Source: an uncultured Chloroflexia bacterium (GTDB lineage: Bacteria > Chloroflexota > Limnocylindria > Limnocylindrales > CSP1-4). Taken from it: 64,000 nucleotides of DNA. A program made the translations under genes and the position numbers. Shown here one piece after another: positions 1-9,600 of this stretch. The notes below the pieces were generated by a model that saw only the letters and a program-made list of their open reading frames with translations, was not told where the DNA came from and made no database searches. Position 1 is the first letter of the stretch; each line of letters starts with the position of its first letter. The stretch lies in contig OY970218.1 of the NCBI GenBank assembly GCA_963713975.1, positions 3,072,001-3,136,000 of the forward strand, read 5' to 3'.

Positions 1-312
1 GTCCGGATCGCGCAGGAGGCGTCGGACCTCCATCACGCTGGCCGAGTCGATGGGTCCGTAGACGTGTGGGTAGATCCCGCTCGGATCGTCGAAGCGCCAC
101 GGGCTTCCGGTCCGGTCCAGGTCCAGCGTCAGCAGCAGGAACGGGCGCGGGTCGTCCCGGTAGAAGCGGTTGGCGACGACGACCATCTCGGCGTCACCGT
201 CCGTACAGTGGACGAACCCGTCCTCCGGGTACGCCGCGGGCAGGTACGGCGCAGCCGGGTCACGGCCGTCCCACGTCGCCTCCGGGATGAGATGGAGCGT
301 CGGGCGAGTCAC
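1..312 (-). CDS. DUF952 domain protein (3' end runs off the window)
   Basis: Not in the ORF track. Manual translation from GTG at 312 gives MTRPTLHLIPEATWDG...YPEDGFVHCTDG...ANRFYRDDPRPFLLLTLDLDRTGSPWRFDDPSGIYPHVYGPID. The GFxHC and YPHVYGPI motifs are typical of DUF952. GTGA overlap with the upstream stop. Confidence 0.85.
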   Translation of the reverse strand, partial: MTRPTLHLIPEATWDGRDPAAPYLPAAYPEDGFVHCTDGDAEMVVVANRFYRDDPRPFLLLTLDLDRTGSPWRFDDPSGIYPHVYGPIDSASVMEVRRLLRDPD

Positions 313-2261
313 TCGCCGGTCCCGGTAGCCGGCTCGTCGACGCTGACCCAGCGGCGGTCCAGCGGAACGTGGATCACCGTGGGACCCGAGGCTGCCAAGG
401 CGGTCCGCAAAGCGCCTTCGAAGGCCGCATCGCTGTCGACCCGAACGCCGCGGGCGCCGCACGCTCGGGCAGCCGCCGCGAAGTCCAGCGGCCCGAGGTC
501 GGTGCCGGGCGCCACGGGGCTCCCCTGCCGGTCCTGGTGAGCCCGGATCATCCCGTACCGCTCGTTGTCGAACACGATCGCGACCACGTGTGCCTCCTCG
601 CGGACGGCGGTCTCGACCTCGGCCAGCGTCATGCCCATGCCGCCGTCGCCGATCAGCGCCACGACGCGCCGCTCGCGATGGACGAGCGCCGCTGCGAGGG
701 CAGCCGGAAAGCCATAGCCCATCGCACCGGATGTCGGTCCCAGGAAGGTCCCGGGCCGCTTGAACCGGAGCCCGCGGGCCGCCCATCCCCCGAAGGCGCC
801 GGCATCGGTCGTCACGATGGCGTCGTCGGGCAGCAGCCTCCGCAGGTCCGCGATCACCTTGCCGGGATGGACGCCTGGGCCGGTCCATTCGCCGTTGTCC
901 ACGGTCGCCGCGATCTCCCAGGCCGCCCGGTCCACCGCGTTGTTGCGGTCCCGGGCCTGGAGAGGCTCCGCAGCCAGGACGGCTTCCTTCAGGCGGGCGT
1001 TCGCCGCCCGCAGGAAGGCCCTGGCGTCGGCCCGGATCACGCGCTCCGGAGCTTCGGCAAATCCTACCGGGCCCGTTCGAGGCTCGAGATCCACGTGGAT
1101 CCAGCACTGGTCCATCCCCGGGACCCGGTACCCGAATGAGGTGGGCTCGTTGAGCCGTGATCCGATGACGAGCAGCGCATCGGCCGCCTCAACGCGCTCG
1201 CGCACGACGCTCGGGCTGCCGAACCCGGTCATCCCGAGGTACAGCGGGTGGTCGTTGGGAATGACGTCGCCGCGGCGCCACGCCGCGATCACGGGCACGT
1301 GGAGCTGCTCCGCGAACCGGACCAGATCGTTCGAGCAGCGCGCGCGAAGCACGCCTGCCCCAGCGATGATGAGCGGCCGCTCGGCGGCGGCCAGGAAGTG
1401 CAGGACCGCGCGGAGGTCGGCGATGGACGGCGCCTCCGGATGCAGCCTGACGACGGGCGCCCGCGTGCCCTCCGGCACGGGAAGCTCCTGGACGTCCTCC
1501 GGGATCGAGATCAGTGCGGGCCCGGGTCGGCCGTCGACCGTGGCCCGGACCGCCTCCTCGAGCGTTGCGGCAGCGGTCGCGGGATCGTCGATCTCACCCG
1601 CCCACTTGGCCAGACCGCCAAGCGTCCGGACGAGGTCCACCTCCTGGAAGGCCTCGCGCCCACGGAGGCCACGCTCCACCTGGCCCACGATGACGAACAT
1701 CGGTGTCGAGTCCGCGGTGGCGGTGTGGATGCCGATGGCCAGGTTGGCAGCACCGACCGCGCGGGTGCCGAGACAGACGGCGGGACGACCGGTGAGCTGG
1801 CCGTACGCCTCCGCGGCGAACGCGGCTGCACCCTCGTGACGGGTCGCGACGACCCGGATGTCCGCGGCCACCAGCGCGTCCAGGATGGACAGGAAGCTCT
1901 CGCCGGCGACGGTGAACGCGATGCGGACGCCCGCCGCACGTAGCGTGGCGGCCACGAGCTCAGCGACGGTCCCGGGCTCCGCGGGCCCGGCGGGTGCCTC
2001 CGGCTCCGGCTCAGACTCCGGCTCCGGCGCCGGCTCCGGCTCCGGCTCCGGTGCAGGTTCCTCCGCGGTCGCGGGCTCCTCCTCGGCCGCGGCAGCCGAT
2101 TCCGGCTCAACTTCGGAAGCGGCCGGCGGCTCTTCCGCCGACGCCTCAGCCAGCTCGGGCTCCGGATCCGTCACCACCGGCTCCTCCGTCGATGCTTCGG
2201 GAGGGCTCACCTCGGTCGGGTCGTTTGGCTGATCGGTGGACTCGGCGCGGAACGGTTCCAT
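309..2261 (-). CDS. Thiamine-diphosphate-dependent enzyme, acetolactate synthase large subunit-like, with acidic Pro/Glu-rich N-terminal extension
   Basis: RHEGAAAFAAEAYG, GTRAVGAAN, FQEVD, GAMGYGFPAA and ThDP motif GDGG...N. The first ~95 aa are E/P-rich low complexity. Confidence 0.85.
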   Translation of the reverse strand: MEPFRAESTDQPNDPTEVSPPEASTEEPVVTDPEPELAEASAEEPPAASEVEPESAAAAEEEPATAEEPAPEPEPEPAPEPESEPEPEAPAGPAEPGTVAELVAATLRAAGVRIAFTVAGESFLSILDALVAADIRVVATRHEGAAAFAAEAYGQLTGRPAVCLGTRAVGAANLAIGIHTATADSTPMFVIVGQVERGLRGREAFQEVDLVRTLGGLAKWAGEIDDPATAAATLEEAVRATVDGRPGPALISIPEDVQELPVPEGTRAPVVRLHPEAPSIADLRAVLHFLAAAERPLIIAGAGVLRARCSNDLVRFAEQLHVPVIAAWRRGDVIPNDHPLYLGMTGFGSPSVVRERVEAADALLVIGSRLNEPTSFGYRVPGMDQCWIHVDLEPRTGPVGFAEAPERVIRADARAFLRAANARLKEAVLAAEPLQARDRNNAVDRAAWEIAATVDNGEWTGPGVHPGKVIADLRRLLPDDAIVTTDAGAFGGWAARGLRFKRPGTFLGPTSGAMGYGFPAALAAALVHRERRVVALIGDGGMGMTLAEVETAVREEAHVVAIVFDNERYGMIRAHQDRQGSPVAPGTDLGPLDFAAAARACGARGVRVDSDAAFEGALRTALAASGPTVIHVPLDRRWVSVDEPATGTGE

Positions 2262-2348
2262 TGAGGACCTCCTGCGTCCGGCCCTGACGGCGGTCCGTCC
2301 GGGGCCGGTGCCTGCGGGTGCGTGGGGAGCGCTGGAGTCGGGAGCTGA

Positions 2349-2459
2349 TCAGTTGGGGGCGACGTTGCCGGCGCCCGCCATCATTCCGGCCATCAGGCCG
2401 GCCACGACGACGAGAGCGACGACGATCATCACCATACGGGCCGCACGGGCTCCGGGCAT
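2349..2459 (-). CDS. Small (36 aa) single-pass membrane peptide
   Basis: ATG at 2459 preceded by AGGAGG. MPGARAARMVMIVVALVVVAGLMAGMMAGAGNVAPN* has a basic N-terminus and a hydrophobic core. Confidence 0.6.
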   Translation of the reverse strand: MPGARAARMVMIVVALVVVAGLMAGMMAGAGNVAPN

Positions 2460-2468
2460 GGGATCCTC

Positions 2469-2960
2469 CTAGCGGTAGTTCTCGAACTGGAGAGGAACGG
2501 CCTCGTCCAGTTCGCGCAGGCGCACGATCACCTTCTGGAGCTCGTCCCTGCTCTTGCTGGCGACACGGATCGCGTCGCCCTGGATGCGCGGCTGGACCTT
2601 GGGGAACTCGTCGCGGATCATCTTGACGAGCTTTCGGGCGAGGTCGTCCGGCAGGCCCCGCCGGAGCGTGATCTCCTGGCGCACCTTGTTGCCACCGGCA
2701 GGAAGCACCTCACCCCAGTCGAAGATCTTGAGCGACAGGTTCCGGCGAACGGCCTTGGATTCGATGAGGTCCCGGATCGACCGCGCCCGCATGTCGCTGT
2801 CGGTCACCAGGACGAGCCGGTCCTTCTCCTGGGCCAGGTCCACGTGGGCACCCTTGAAGTCATAGCGCTGCTGGACCTCGCGCCGGACCTGGTCCAGCGC
2901 ATTCCGCAGCTCCTGTTCGTCGAAGTCCGAGACGACGTCGAACGAGATCTCGCCCGCCAA
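2469..2960 (-). CDS. yajQ: YajQ family nucleotide/c-di-GMP-binding protein
   Basis: SFDVVS...QELRNALDQ...RYDFKG...IQGDAIRV..KSRDELQ...LQFENYR. TTG start at 2960 after AGGAAGGAG gives 163 aa. Confidence 0.93.
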   Translation of the reverse strand: MAGEISFDVVSDFDEQELRNALDQVRREVQQRYDFKGAHVDLAQEKDRLVLVTDSDMRARSIRDLIESKAVRRNLSLKIFDWGEVLPAGGNKVRQEITLRRGLPDDLARKLVKMIRDEFPKVQPRIQGDAIRVASKSRDELQKVIVRLRELDEAVPLQFENYR

Positions 2961-2974
2961 CCGCTCGCTCCTTC

Positions 2975-3358
2975 CTAGTCCGCGACGTGCTCGCGGGTCA
3001 CTGTCCACTGCTTCAGGCGCTCGATGCGCCCGTCATCCCCCGTCTCCGCGGCGAGGAAGCCCGCCTCCCGGACCTTGGCCCCGTCGCTGCGCCGGGTCCA
3101 GCTGGCGTGCCAGGCGGCGAGGACGGTCGCGCCCGAGACCCAGTGGCGCTCGATCGTGAGATCGAAGTACCGCTCGGCCTCGGCCGACTGCAGCAAGTAT
3201 GCCCGCAGGTCGTTGTGGCCGACCAGCGGAGGCGCAAACGGGTCCAGGACGACCTCCCCCATCTGGGCGAACAGGTCGGTGTACTGATCACCGTCGTACG
3301 CGGTGCGAGCCTTGATCAGGACCTTGAGCAGGTCATGGCCCTGCGCGTAGGTGAGCAT
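2975..3358 (-). CDS. NTF2/SnoaL-like fold protein
   Basis: 127 aa from ATG at 3358 (TGATG overlap with murC). Pattern DLF...DPF.PP.VG..DLRAY...GDDGRIERLKQW is typical of SnoaL-like proteins. Confidence 0.7.
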   Translation of the reverse strand: MLTYAQGHDLLKVLIKARTAYDGDQYTDLFAQMGEVVLDPFAPPLVGHNDLRAYLLQSAEAERYFDLTIERHWVSGATVLAAWHASWTRRSDGAKVREAGFLAAETGDDGRIERLKQWTVTREHVAD

Positions 3359-4935
3359 CAGCCGGCCGCCAGGTGCTCGAGCAGGAGCTCGGCGATACGG
3401 TACGAGCGTCCGCCACCCATGACGAGGACGGCGTCGCCGGAGCGGACCTCGCCCGCGAGCCAGCGCGCCGTCGACTCCACGGAGCCCGGCGCCGCAGTCG
3501 GGATCCCCGGAGCACGCACGGCGACAGCCGCGGCAAGGCCGGCGGCGGAGGCGATGGAGGTGTCCGGGTCGCGTCCGGCCCAGATGTCGGCGATGGCGAC
3601 AGCGTCGGCAGCCGCCAGAACGTCGGCGAACTCGTCCAGCAGGGCGGCCGTCCGGTGGAAGGTGAGCGGCTCGTAGACGGCCCAGACGCGCCGCCCAGGC
3701 TCGCGCTGGCGGACGGCCGCGAGGGTCTCGCGGATCGCCGTCGGATGATGGCCGTAGTCGTCGTAGACCACGACACCGCGGACCTCGCCCTTGCGTTCCA
3801 AGCGTCGGCCGACGCCCGCGAACGACCCGAGGCCGGCCGCGATCGCGTCCGCGCCCAGCCCCGCAGCCGCAGCCGCACCCGCCACGCCGAGCGCATTCGA
3901 CGCGTTGTGCCGCCCCGCCGTCGACAGGCGCAGTGGGATCCCGGTCCCGCCGTCCTGCAGCCCGATCACCATCAGCCGCGTGCCATCCGGATCCGATGAC
4001 GTGATCCAGGCGAGCAGGGCGGACGCAGGCCCGACGGCCGTCTGGAACCGATCCGTGATCCCTGCCGCGTCCGATGGCGAGGCCGGCCCGTCCACCAGCG
4101 CCGTGGCGACGATACGGCCTGGCCAGTCGCCCAGCCTCGCGGCCAGCTCCGCCACCCCATCGTCGGCCACGTTGGCCACGAGGACCGGCGTCCCCGATCC
4201 GGGCGCGCGGCCCTCCGCAGCCCGCCGGATCCAGCCCTCGAACGCGGCGAGGACCGCCGCCCGGTCCGCGAACACATCCGGATGGTCCCATTCGGCCGAC
4301 GTCAACACGATCACGTCGGGCCGGTACGGATCGAAGTTCCCGGCGTACTCGTCGGCCTCAACCACGAATGGTCGCCCCTCCCCTCGGCGCGCGGTGGCGG
4401 CAACCCCGATCCCGGTGAGCGCCGCCGGCAGGAGCGCCCCGACGAAGGCACCGGGATCGGCGCCCGCGGCAGCCAGCAGATGGACCAGCCAACCGGAGCA
4501 CGTGCTCTTGCCGTGCGTGCCCGCGACCGCGATCAGCTGGCGCCCCGCGGCTGCGTCCGCGACCACCTGCTGCCACGGCTCGAGTGGGATGCCGAGCTCC
4601 CGGGCGGCGAGCAGCTCGGCGTTGTCTGGGTCGATGGCGGTCAGTGCCTTGGTCACGGCGAGACGCGCCGGCGGCTCCGTGCCACGGACGTGCGCCGCGT
4701 CATGCTGACCCGCGATCGCGATCCCGCACGCCTCTAGCGCAGGGGTGTACTGGCTCGGACCGCCGGGGTCGCAGCCGTCCACGTGCGCGCCGGCCCACCC
4801 GGCCAGCAGCGCGGCCGCGGAGGCACCGGCACCCGCCGCCCCGACGATATGGATCCGCTCACCTGCCCGGATCGGGCGTGCGACTCGCGCGGACTCCAGG
4901 CCCGCCCCGATCTGCTCCGCCCCGCGCAACGTCAC
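3358..4935 (-). CDS. murC: UDP-N-acetylmuramate--L-alanine ligase (MurC family)
   Basis: IHIVG Rossmann start, AGTHGKST P-loop, VEADEY, WDHPD, GVGRRLE, DDYGHHPTAI. GTG start at 4935 overlaps the cinA stop. Confidence 0.88.
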   Translation of the reverse strand: MTLRGAEQIGAGLESARVARPIRAGERIHIVGAAGAGASAAALLAGWAGAHVDGCDPGGPSQYTPALEACGIAIAGQHDAAHVRGTEPPARLAVTKALTAIDPDNAELLAARELGIPLEPWQQVVADAAAGRQLIAVAGTHGKSTCSGWLVHLLAAAGADPGAFVGALLPAALTGIGVAATARRGEGRPFVVEADEYAGNFDPYRPDVIVLTSAEWDHPDVFADRAAVLAAFEGWIRRAAEGRAPGSGTPVLVANVADDGVAELAARLGDWPGRIVATALVDGPASPSDAAGITDRFQTAVGPASALLAWITSSDPDGTRLMVIGLQDGGTGIPLRLSTAGRHNASNALGVAGAAAAAGLGADAIAAGLGSFAGVGRRLERKGEVRGVVVYDDYGHHPTAIRETLAAVRQREPGRRVWAVYEPLTFHRTAALLDEFADVLAAADAVAIADIWAGRDPDTSIASAAGLAAAVAVRAPGIPTAAPGSVESTARWLAGEVRSGDAVLVMGGGRSYRIAELLLEHLAAG

Positions 4936-5429
4936 GCGGTGGCCGCGCCGTCGGCACGCTCGAGGAGCAGCTCCAGCGCCGCCTCCGCGCTCGCCCGCTT
5001 GTTGGACGATCGGTCTCCGGTCCACTGGAAGCGGCGCACCTCGGCAGGCCCGCCCCCGGCAACCGCGACGTAGACGAGGCCGACCGGCTTGGCCAAGGTG
5101 CCCCCGTCTGGCCCCGCCACACCGGTGACCGCGACGGCCAGGTCGGTGCCGAGCAGCGCGCGGGCGCCCTCGGCCATCGCGAGGGCCACCTGCGCGGACA
5201 CGGCGCCATGGGCGGCCAGGACGTCGGCGGAGACACCGAGCATGGCATGCTTGACGTCGTCTGCGTAGGCGATCACGCCGCCGCGCAGGCAGGCCGACGA
5301 TCCCGGCACCTCGGTCAGCAGGTGCGCGACCAGGCCACCGGTGCACGACTCGGCAGTGGCCACCGTCAGGCCGTGGGCCACGCAGCTGGCCTGCAGGCGC
5401 CCCGCGAGGTCAACGAGGGGATCCGCCAT
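4932..5429 (-). CDS. cinA: CinA C-terminal domain / nicotinamide-nucleotide amidohydrolase (PncC)
   Basis: TAESCTGG, PGSS, HGAVS, VTGVAGPDGGT..KPVGLV motifs. Confidence 0.92.
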   Translation of the reverse strand: MADPLVDLAGRLQASCVAHGLTVATAESCTGGLVAHLLTEVPGSSACLRGGVIAYADDVKHAMLGVSADVLAAHGAVSAQVALAMAEGARALLGTDLAVAVTGVAGPDGGTLAKPVGLVYVAVAGGGPAEVRRFQWTGDRSSNKRASAEAALELLLERADGAATA

Positions 5430-5430
5430 G

Positions 5431-6834
5431 TCAGGTCCGGCTGGTCTTGACCGGGTCTGCGGGTGGGGCGAAGAGCCAGGTCTCGGGATTGCCCTGCTTG
5501 GACATCCGCCCCAGGTCCTCGCCGTTGAGCGTGAAGTACGTCGCGCTGGACTTGCCGGTCCGCACCTCGACGGACTCTTTCGCCGTAAAGGTCAGGACCT
5601 TGCCAGGGCTGAAGACGGTCCCGGCCACGCCCGTCTGCTTCGAGATCTTCCCGTCCACCCAGACCTTGAGCCAGGCCGTCGATCCCTTGATGCTGACCAC
5701 GAGATTCACGCCCCGGTAGACGACCGAGACGTTGCGGCTCAGGCTGGTTGCCTTCCCGTCCGCAGACGTGGCGGTCGCGATGATCTGCCACTGGCCCTCG
5801 GACAGGTCCAGCGGCGTGTCGAACGAACCGTCCTCGCCCACCGGCACGGTGATCGGCCCGACTGTCGGACCAGCCGGGACAGGCTCCGCCGATGCCGAAG
5901 GCGCCGGCGATACCGGGGCCGAGGTCGCCACGGGCGTGCCGTCGCTGGTCGCCGTCTGGATCGCCTTGATGGACACGGTCGCAGCATTCGACGTCGTCCC
6001 ACGCACGGGGATCGCCCCGTTCTCGAACTGGGCCCCCTCCGCAGGGCTTTCCAGCGTGAGCGTCGGTGCCTCCGTGACGAGGAAGGGCACCGTGATGAAG
6101 ATCCGCTCCGTGTTCTCGGACGTCTTCCCGGTCTCCGGGTCCAGCGCGCTGACGTCGAACTGGTTCCGGCCGCGCCGGAGGTCGACGTCGACCGACCAGC
6201 GGCCGGAGGCATCGGCGGTGACCCGGTACGGCTGCTCCCGAGCGGCATCCGCCACGGTCACGGTGGCGCCGGGGATCGATTCGCCACGCAGCGTGAACGA
6301 GGTGCTGTCGTCGGCCACATCGAGGACGGCCTGCGAGGGGTTCGTGACGGCGAGCGTCGGCGGCTTCGCGAACCGCACCAGCTGGACGCCCATGTAGACC
6401 GCAAACACGCCGATCAGGATGGTGAGCAGGGCCGCGACCACGATCACCGGCGAGAATGTCAGGCCCTGACGGGGCGCGGCAAGTGGCTTGGGTACCGCGA
6501 GGGCCGGCTCGGTTGCGACCGATGCGTCGCCACGTTCCCGCTTCCACTGGCGGACCACATCGTCCGGATCGAGCCCGAGGTAGAGCGCGTAGTTGCGGAG
6601 GAAGCCCTTCGTGTACACCGATCCGGGCAGCTCGTTGTACTCGCCGTGCTCGAGCGCCGCGAGGTAGCGGGAACGGATCTTGGTGTCGCGCTCGGCGCGG
6701 TACAGGTCCACGCCCTTGCGCTCCCGGGCGGCGACCAGCCGCTCGGGCAGGGACGGACCTGACTCCGTCGCGTAGGCGCGGTCGGCATCGCGCGCTTCCG
6801 CGCGCGCCCGTCGCAGCCCGTCTCGCGTCGTCAT
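5431..6834 (-). CDS. rodZ: RodZ-like protein (HTH, TM helix, two Ig-like domains, DUF4115-like C-terminus)
   Basis: ARERKG..L...TKIR.RYL.ALE.G....LPG.VY.KGFLRNYA.YLGLD helix-turn-helix, then a TM segment and a C-terminal AWLKVWVDG...VRTG. Lies downstream of ftsK, the usual position. Confidence 0.8.
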   Translation of the reverse strand: MTTRDGLRRARAEARDADRAYATESGPSLPERLVAARERKGVDLYRAERDTKIRSRYLAALEHGEYNELPGSVYTKGFLRNYALYLGLDPDDVVRQWKRERGDASVATEPALAVPKPLAAPRQGLTFSPVIVVAALLTILIGVFAVYMGVQLVRFAKPPTLAVTNPSQAVLDVADDSTSFTLRGESIPGATVTVADAAREQPYRVTADASGRWSVDVDLRRGRNQFDVSALDPETGKTSENTERIFITVPFLVTEAPTLTLESPAEGAQFENGAIPVRGTTSNAATVSIKAIQTATSDGTPVATSAPVSPAPSASAEPVPAGPTVGPITVPVGEDGSFDTPLDLSEGQWQIIATATSADGKATSLSRNVSVVYRGVNLVVSIKGSTAWLKVWVDGKISKQTGVAGTVFSPGKVLTFTAKESVEVRTGKSSATYFTLNGEDLGRMSKQGNPETWLFAPPADPVKTSRT

Positions 6835-9554
6835 GCCTCGTCCTCGTCCTCGTCCGGCCCCGGACCGTCGTCGCGACGCAGGACCATCCGGGCATTCGAG
6901 CCGTCGAACGCCCCCACGTATCCCCGCGCCTCGAGCTGGTCCACGATGCGGGCAGCTCGCGCGTAGCCGATCTTGAGACGCCGCTGGAGCAGCGACGCCG
7001 AGGCGCGATCGTACTCCCGAATCACGGCGACGGCATCCGGCAGCAGCCGGTCGGCATCGTCATCGGCCAGGTCGTCGACGGATCCCGTGGCTTCCTCGTC
7101 GGACGTGATGATCGAGAGGTCATAGCGCGGATCATCGATCTGGTCGCGCCAGTACTGGGTCACCCGCCCGATCTCGGGATCGGACACGAACACGCCCTGG
7201 AGGCGCATCGGTCGTGGCAGGTCGGAGGGCTGGTAGAGCATGTCGCCGCGGCCGATCAGGTCCTCGGCACCCGGTGAGTCAAGGATCGTGCGGCTGTCGA
7301 TCTGGCTGGCCATCGCGAACGCGATCCGGCTGGGAAAGTTCGCCTTGATCAGCCCCGTGACCACGTTGACCGACGGCCGCTGTGTCGCTAGCACCATGTG
7401 GATGCCCGTCGCCCTGGCCTTCTGGGCGAGGCGCACGATCGGGTCCTCGACGTTCTTTCCCTCGCGCATCATGAGGTCGGCGAGCTCGTCGATGACGATC
7501 ACGATGTACGGCAGCCGATCCGCCGCGTCCACCCGGGTCTCGTTGAACGCCTTGATGTTGCGGGCCGTGGCGCCGGCGAACCGCCGGTAGCGGTTCTCCA
7601 TCTCGCCCACCGCCCACTTGAGGGCGGACTTGGCGCGCTCGGGCTCCGTGATCACCGGGACCAGCAGGTGCGGCAGGCCGTTGTAGCCCGCGAGTTCCAC
7701 GCGTGCCGTGTCGATGAGGATGAAGTGAACATCGTCCGGGGTCGCGTTGCACAGGAGGCTGGTGATGAGCGCGTTGACCATGACGCTCTTGCCCGAACCC
7801 GTGGCGCCCGCGATCAGCAGGTGCGGCATCTTGGACAGGTCCACGGCCAGCGCGCGGCCGGCCACGTCGCGCCCCAGGGCGAACGTCAGCTGCGACCCCG
7901 AGGCGGAGAAGTCCACCTCTTCCAGGATCCGCCGCAGCGTGACGATGTTGAACTCCTTGTTGGGGATCTCGATCCCGACCGAGCCTTTGCCGGGAATCGA
8001 CGCCTCGATCCGGATGCTGCGGGCCGCGAGGGCCATCGCGAGGTCGTCCGAGAGCGCCTCGATCCGGCTGAGCTTGACCTGGGGGGCGGGCTGGACCTCG
8101 TACTGGGTCACCACCGGGCCGGCATTGCGCCCGATGATCTGCGCCTGGATATTGAAGCCCGCCAGCTTGCGCACGATGATCTCTTCGTTGCGCGCGTGGA
8201 CCGCGTCCGCGATGTCCGTGGTGGCCGCGGACGGGATCTCACCCGGATCGAGCAGATCATGGGGCGGCAGGCGCCACTCGACGGCCTGGCCCGCTGGCGG
8301 CGAGTCCGAGGCGTCGGTGATGTCGTCGGGATCGCGGTCGACCGTGGGCGCCGGCTCCCCAGCAGGCGGGGGCGCGCCGTCGGGGCCGGTCATCGAGCCC
8401 GGAGCCACGACGGTCCCTGCACCCGCCGCCCGCGCCGGCGCGAAGGACGAGGTCGGCACCGCGGCGGGAATGCCCGGCTGCGCTCCATCCGCGCCCCAGA
8501 CACCCACGATCGCATCCGTGGCGTCGCGACCCTGGGCTCGCAGCACATGGCCCGCGGTCGTGAGACTACTATCCGGACCCGAGTCGGTCCAAACAGAGGT
8601 ATCGAGGGGCGCTGGACTCACATTCACCGGACTCCTGAGTACCTCGGAAGCCTGGTAGTTCAACACGGCCGAGAACAAGCGCGCTTCGGCCGTGCTCATC
8701 CGGAACCCAACCGGCTTTCGCTTGCTGCTGAAATGGAAGACGATTGTCGGCCCCACAAACAGACCGACCTGCTGCGCCACAGTGGTCAGAACTTCAACCC
8801 GGGGGATGTCCGCCGTGCTTGCTCTGCCGAGGAACACCACGCGTGACGATGTGAGCAGGACGGTGCCCACGTCAGATGCCTGAAGTGAGATGTGATGGTC
8901 CACCGAGTCTGCGCCAAAGGTTCCTAGCCGCACGGAAACGTTGTCCGAAACGCGAACCCGGGTTCCCGCGTACCCACCGGAGGTGCGACGAACCCGCTGT
9001 GGCTCCATCAGCTCCGCGCCCACCTCTATTAGGCCTACCTCGCCTGGCGACAAAGGAACCTTCGTGGAACTCAACACCGGCAAACTGACGCCCAGTTCGA
9101 TCTGTCGAACCTCGGCCTCTTCAAGACGCTGCTTGATGATCCCTCCAAGGCGCCGTGCGCTAGCGTTCGAGATCGCTGGATCTGGCCCAGTCATGAATGG
9201 CTCCACGGCCGCCAGCAACAGCTCGACTACCTTCTGGTGCCGCCCCACCCCTTCGATATTCGGCGCGACCGCTCGCGCCATATCAAGAAGTACTCCGTCC
9301 AACCCTCTCAGCGCGGACTCGACCATCGAGGTCCGCAGCTCCAGATCTGCGCGCGAGATCTTCGGAATTGCACCAATCGCCGCAGTGATCCGCTCACCTG
9401 CGAGTGGGTCCTCCCCACCGGAGGACACTGCCAAACCAATCGCGGCGGCAACATCCCTCGCGACCCGCGTGTCCAGGTCCCCGCGGCATCGGCCGCACAA
9501 CCGATCGTGACGGAAGAACCCGGTCCCGTCGCCGCATTGCTCACAGGCACTCAT
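6831..9554 (-). CDS. Chimeric FtsK-family ATPase: N-terminal Zn ribbon and PH-like domain fused to FtsK alpha/beta/gamma motor, no obvious TM anchor
   Basis: C-terminal ~480 aa carry GATGSGKS, IVIDELAD, ATQRPS and gamma SASLLQRRLKIGYARAARIVD. N-terminus has CEQC-x12-CGRC and DVGTVLLTSSRVVFLG. ATG at 9554 preferred because the longer ORF overlaps the upstream ftsK. Confidence 0.8.
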   Translation of the reverse strand: MSACEQCGDGTGFFRHDRLCGRCRGDLDTRVARDVAAAIGLAVSSGGEDPLAGERITAAIGAIPKISRADLELRTSMVESALRGLDGVLLDMARAVAPNIEGVGRHQKVVELLLAAVEPFMTGPDPAISNASARRLGGIIKQRLEEAEVRQIELGVSLPVLSSTKVPLSPGEVGLIEVGAELMEPQRVRRTSGGYAGTRVRVSDNVSVRLGTFGADSVDHHISLQASDVGTVLLTSSRVVFLGRASTADIPRVEVLTTVAQQVGLFVGPTIVFHFSSKRKPVGFRMSTAEARLFSAVLNYQASEVLRSPVNVSPAPLDTSVWTDSGPDSSLTTAGHVLRAQGRDATDAIVGVWGADGAQPGIPAAVPTSSFAPARAAGAGTVVAPGSMTGPDGAPPPAGEPAPTVDRDPDDITDASDSPPAGQAVEWRLPPHDLLDPGEIPSAATTDIADAVHARNEEIIVRKLAGFNIQAQIIGRNAGPVVTQYEVQPAPQVKLSRIEALSDDLAMALAARSIRIEASIPGKGSVGIEIPNKEFNIVTLRRILEEVDFSASGSQLTFALGRDVAGRALAVDLSKMPHLLIAGATGSGKSVMVNALITSLLCNATPDDVHFILIDTARVELAGYNGLPHLLVPVITEPERAKSALKWAVGEMENRYRRFAGATARNIKAFNETRVDAADRLPYIVIVIDELADLMMREGKNVEDPIVRLAQKARATGIHMVLATQRPSVNVVTGLIKANFPSRIAFAMASQIDSRTILDSPGAEDLIGRGDMLYQPSDLPRPMRLQGVFVSDPEIGRVTQYWRDQIDDPRYDLSIITSDEEATGSVDDLADDDADRLLPDAVAVIREYDRASASLLQRRLKIGYARAARIVDQLEARGYVGAFDGSNARMVLRRDDGPGPDEDEDEA
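6961..7022. repeat. 62-bp exact direct repeat, copy A (copy B at 9737-9798), encoding the FtsK gamma helix region
   Basis: gcgtagccgatcttgagacgccgctggagcagcgacgccgaggcgcgatcgtactcccgaat is read at both positions. Confidence 0.9.
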
Positions 9555-9600
9555 GCCAGGGAGCCCACTTGCCGGGTCGCGCTGGCGCCCGTTGCTGGGA

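Noticed and set aside
2975-5346. Long N-terminal extensions in the ORF track for SnoaL and murC (likewise rnj, pnp, rbfA, nusA, dxr, ftsY)
   Set aside because: They overlap real upstream genes; downstream starts with SD or stop/start coupling fit better.
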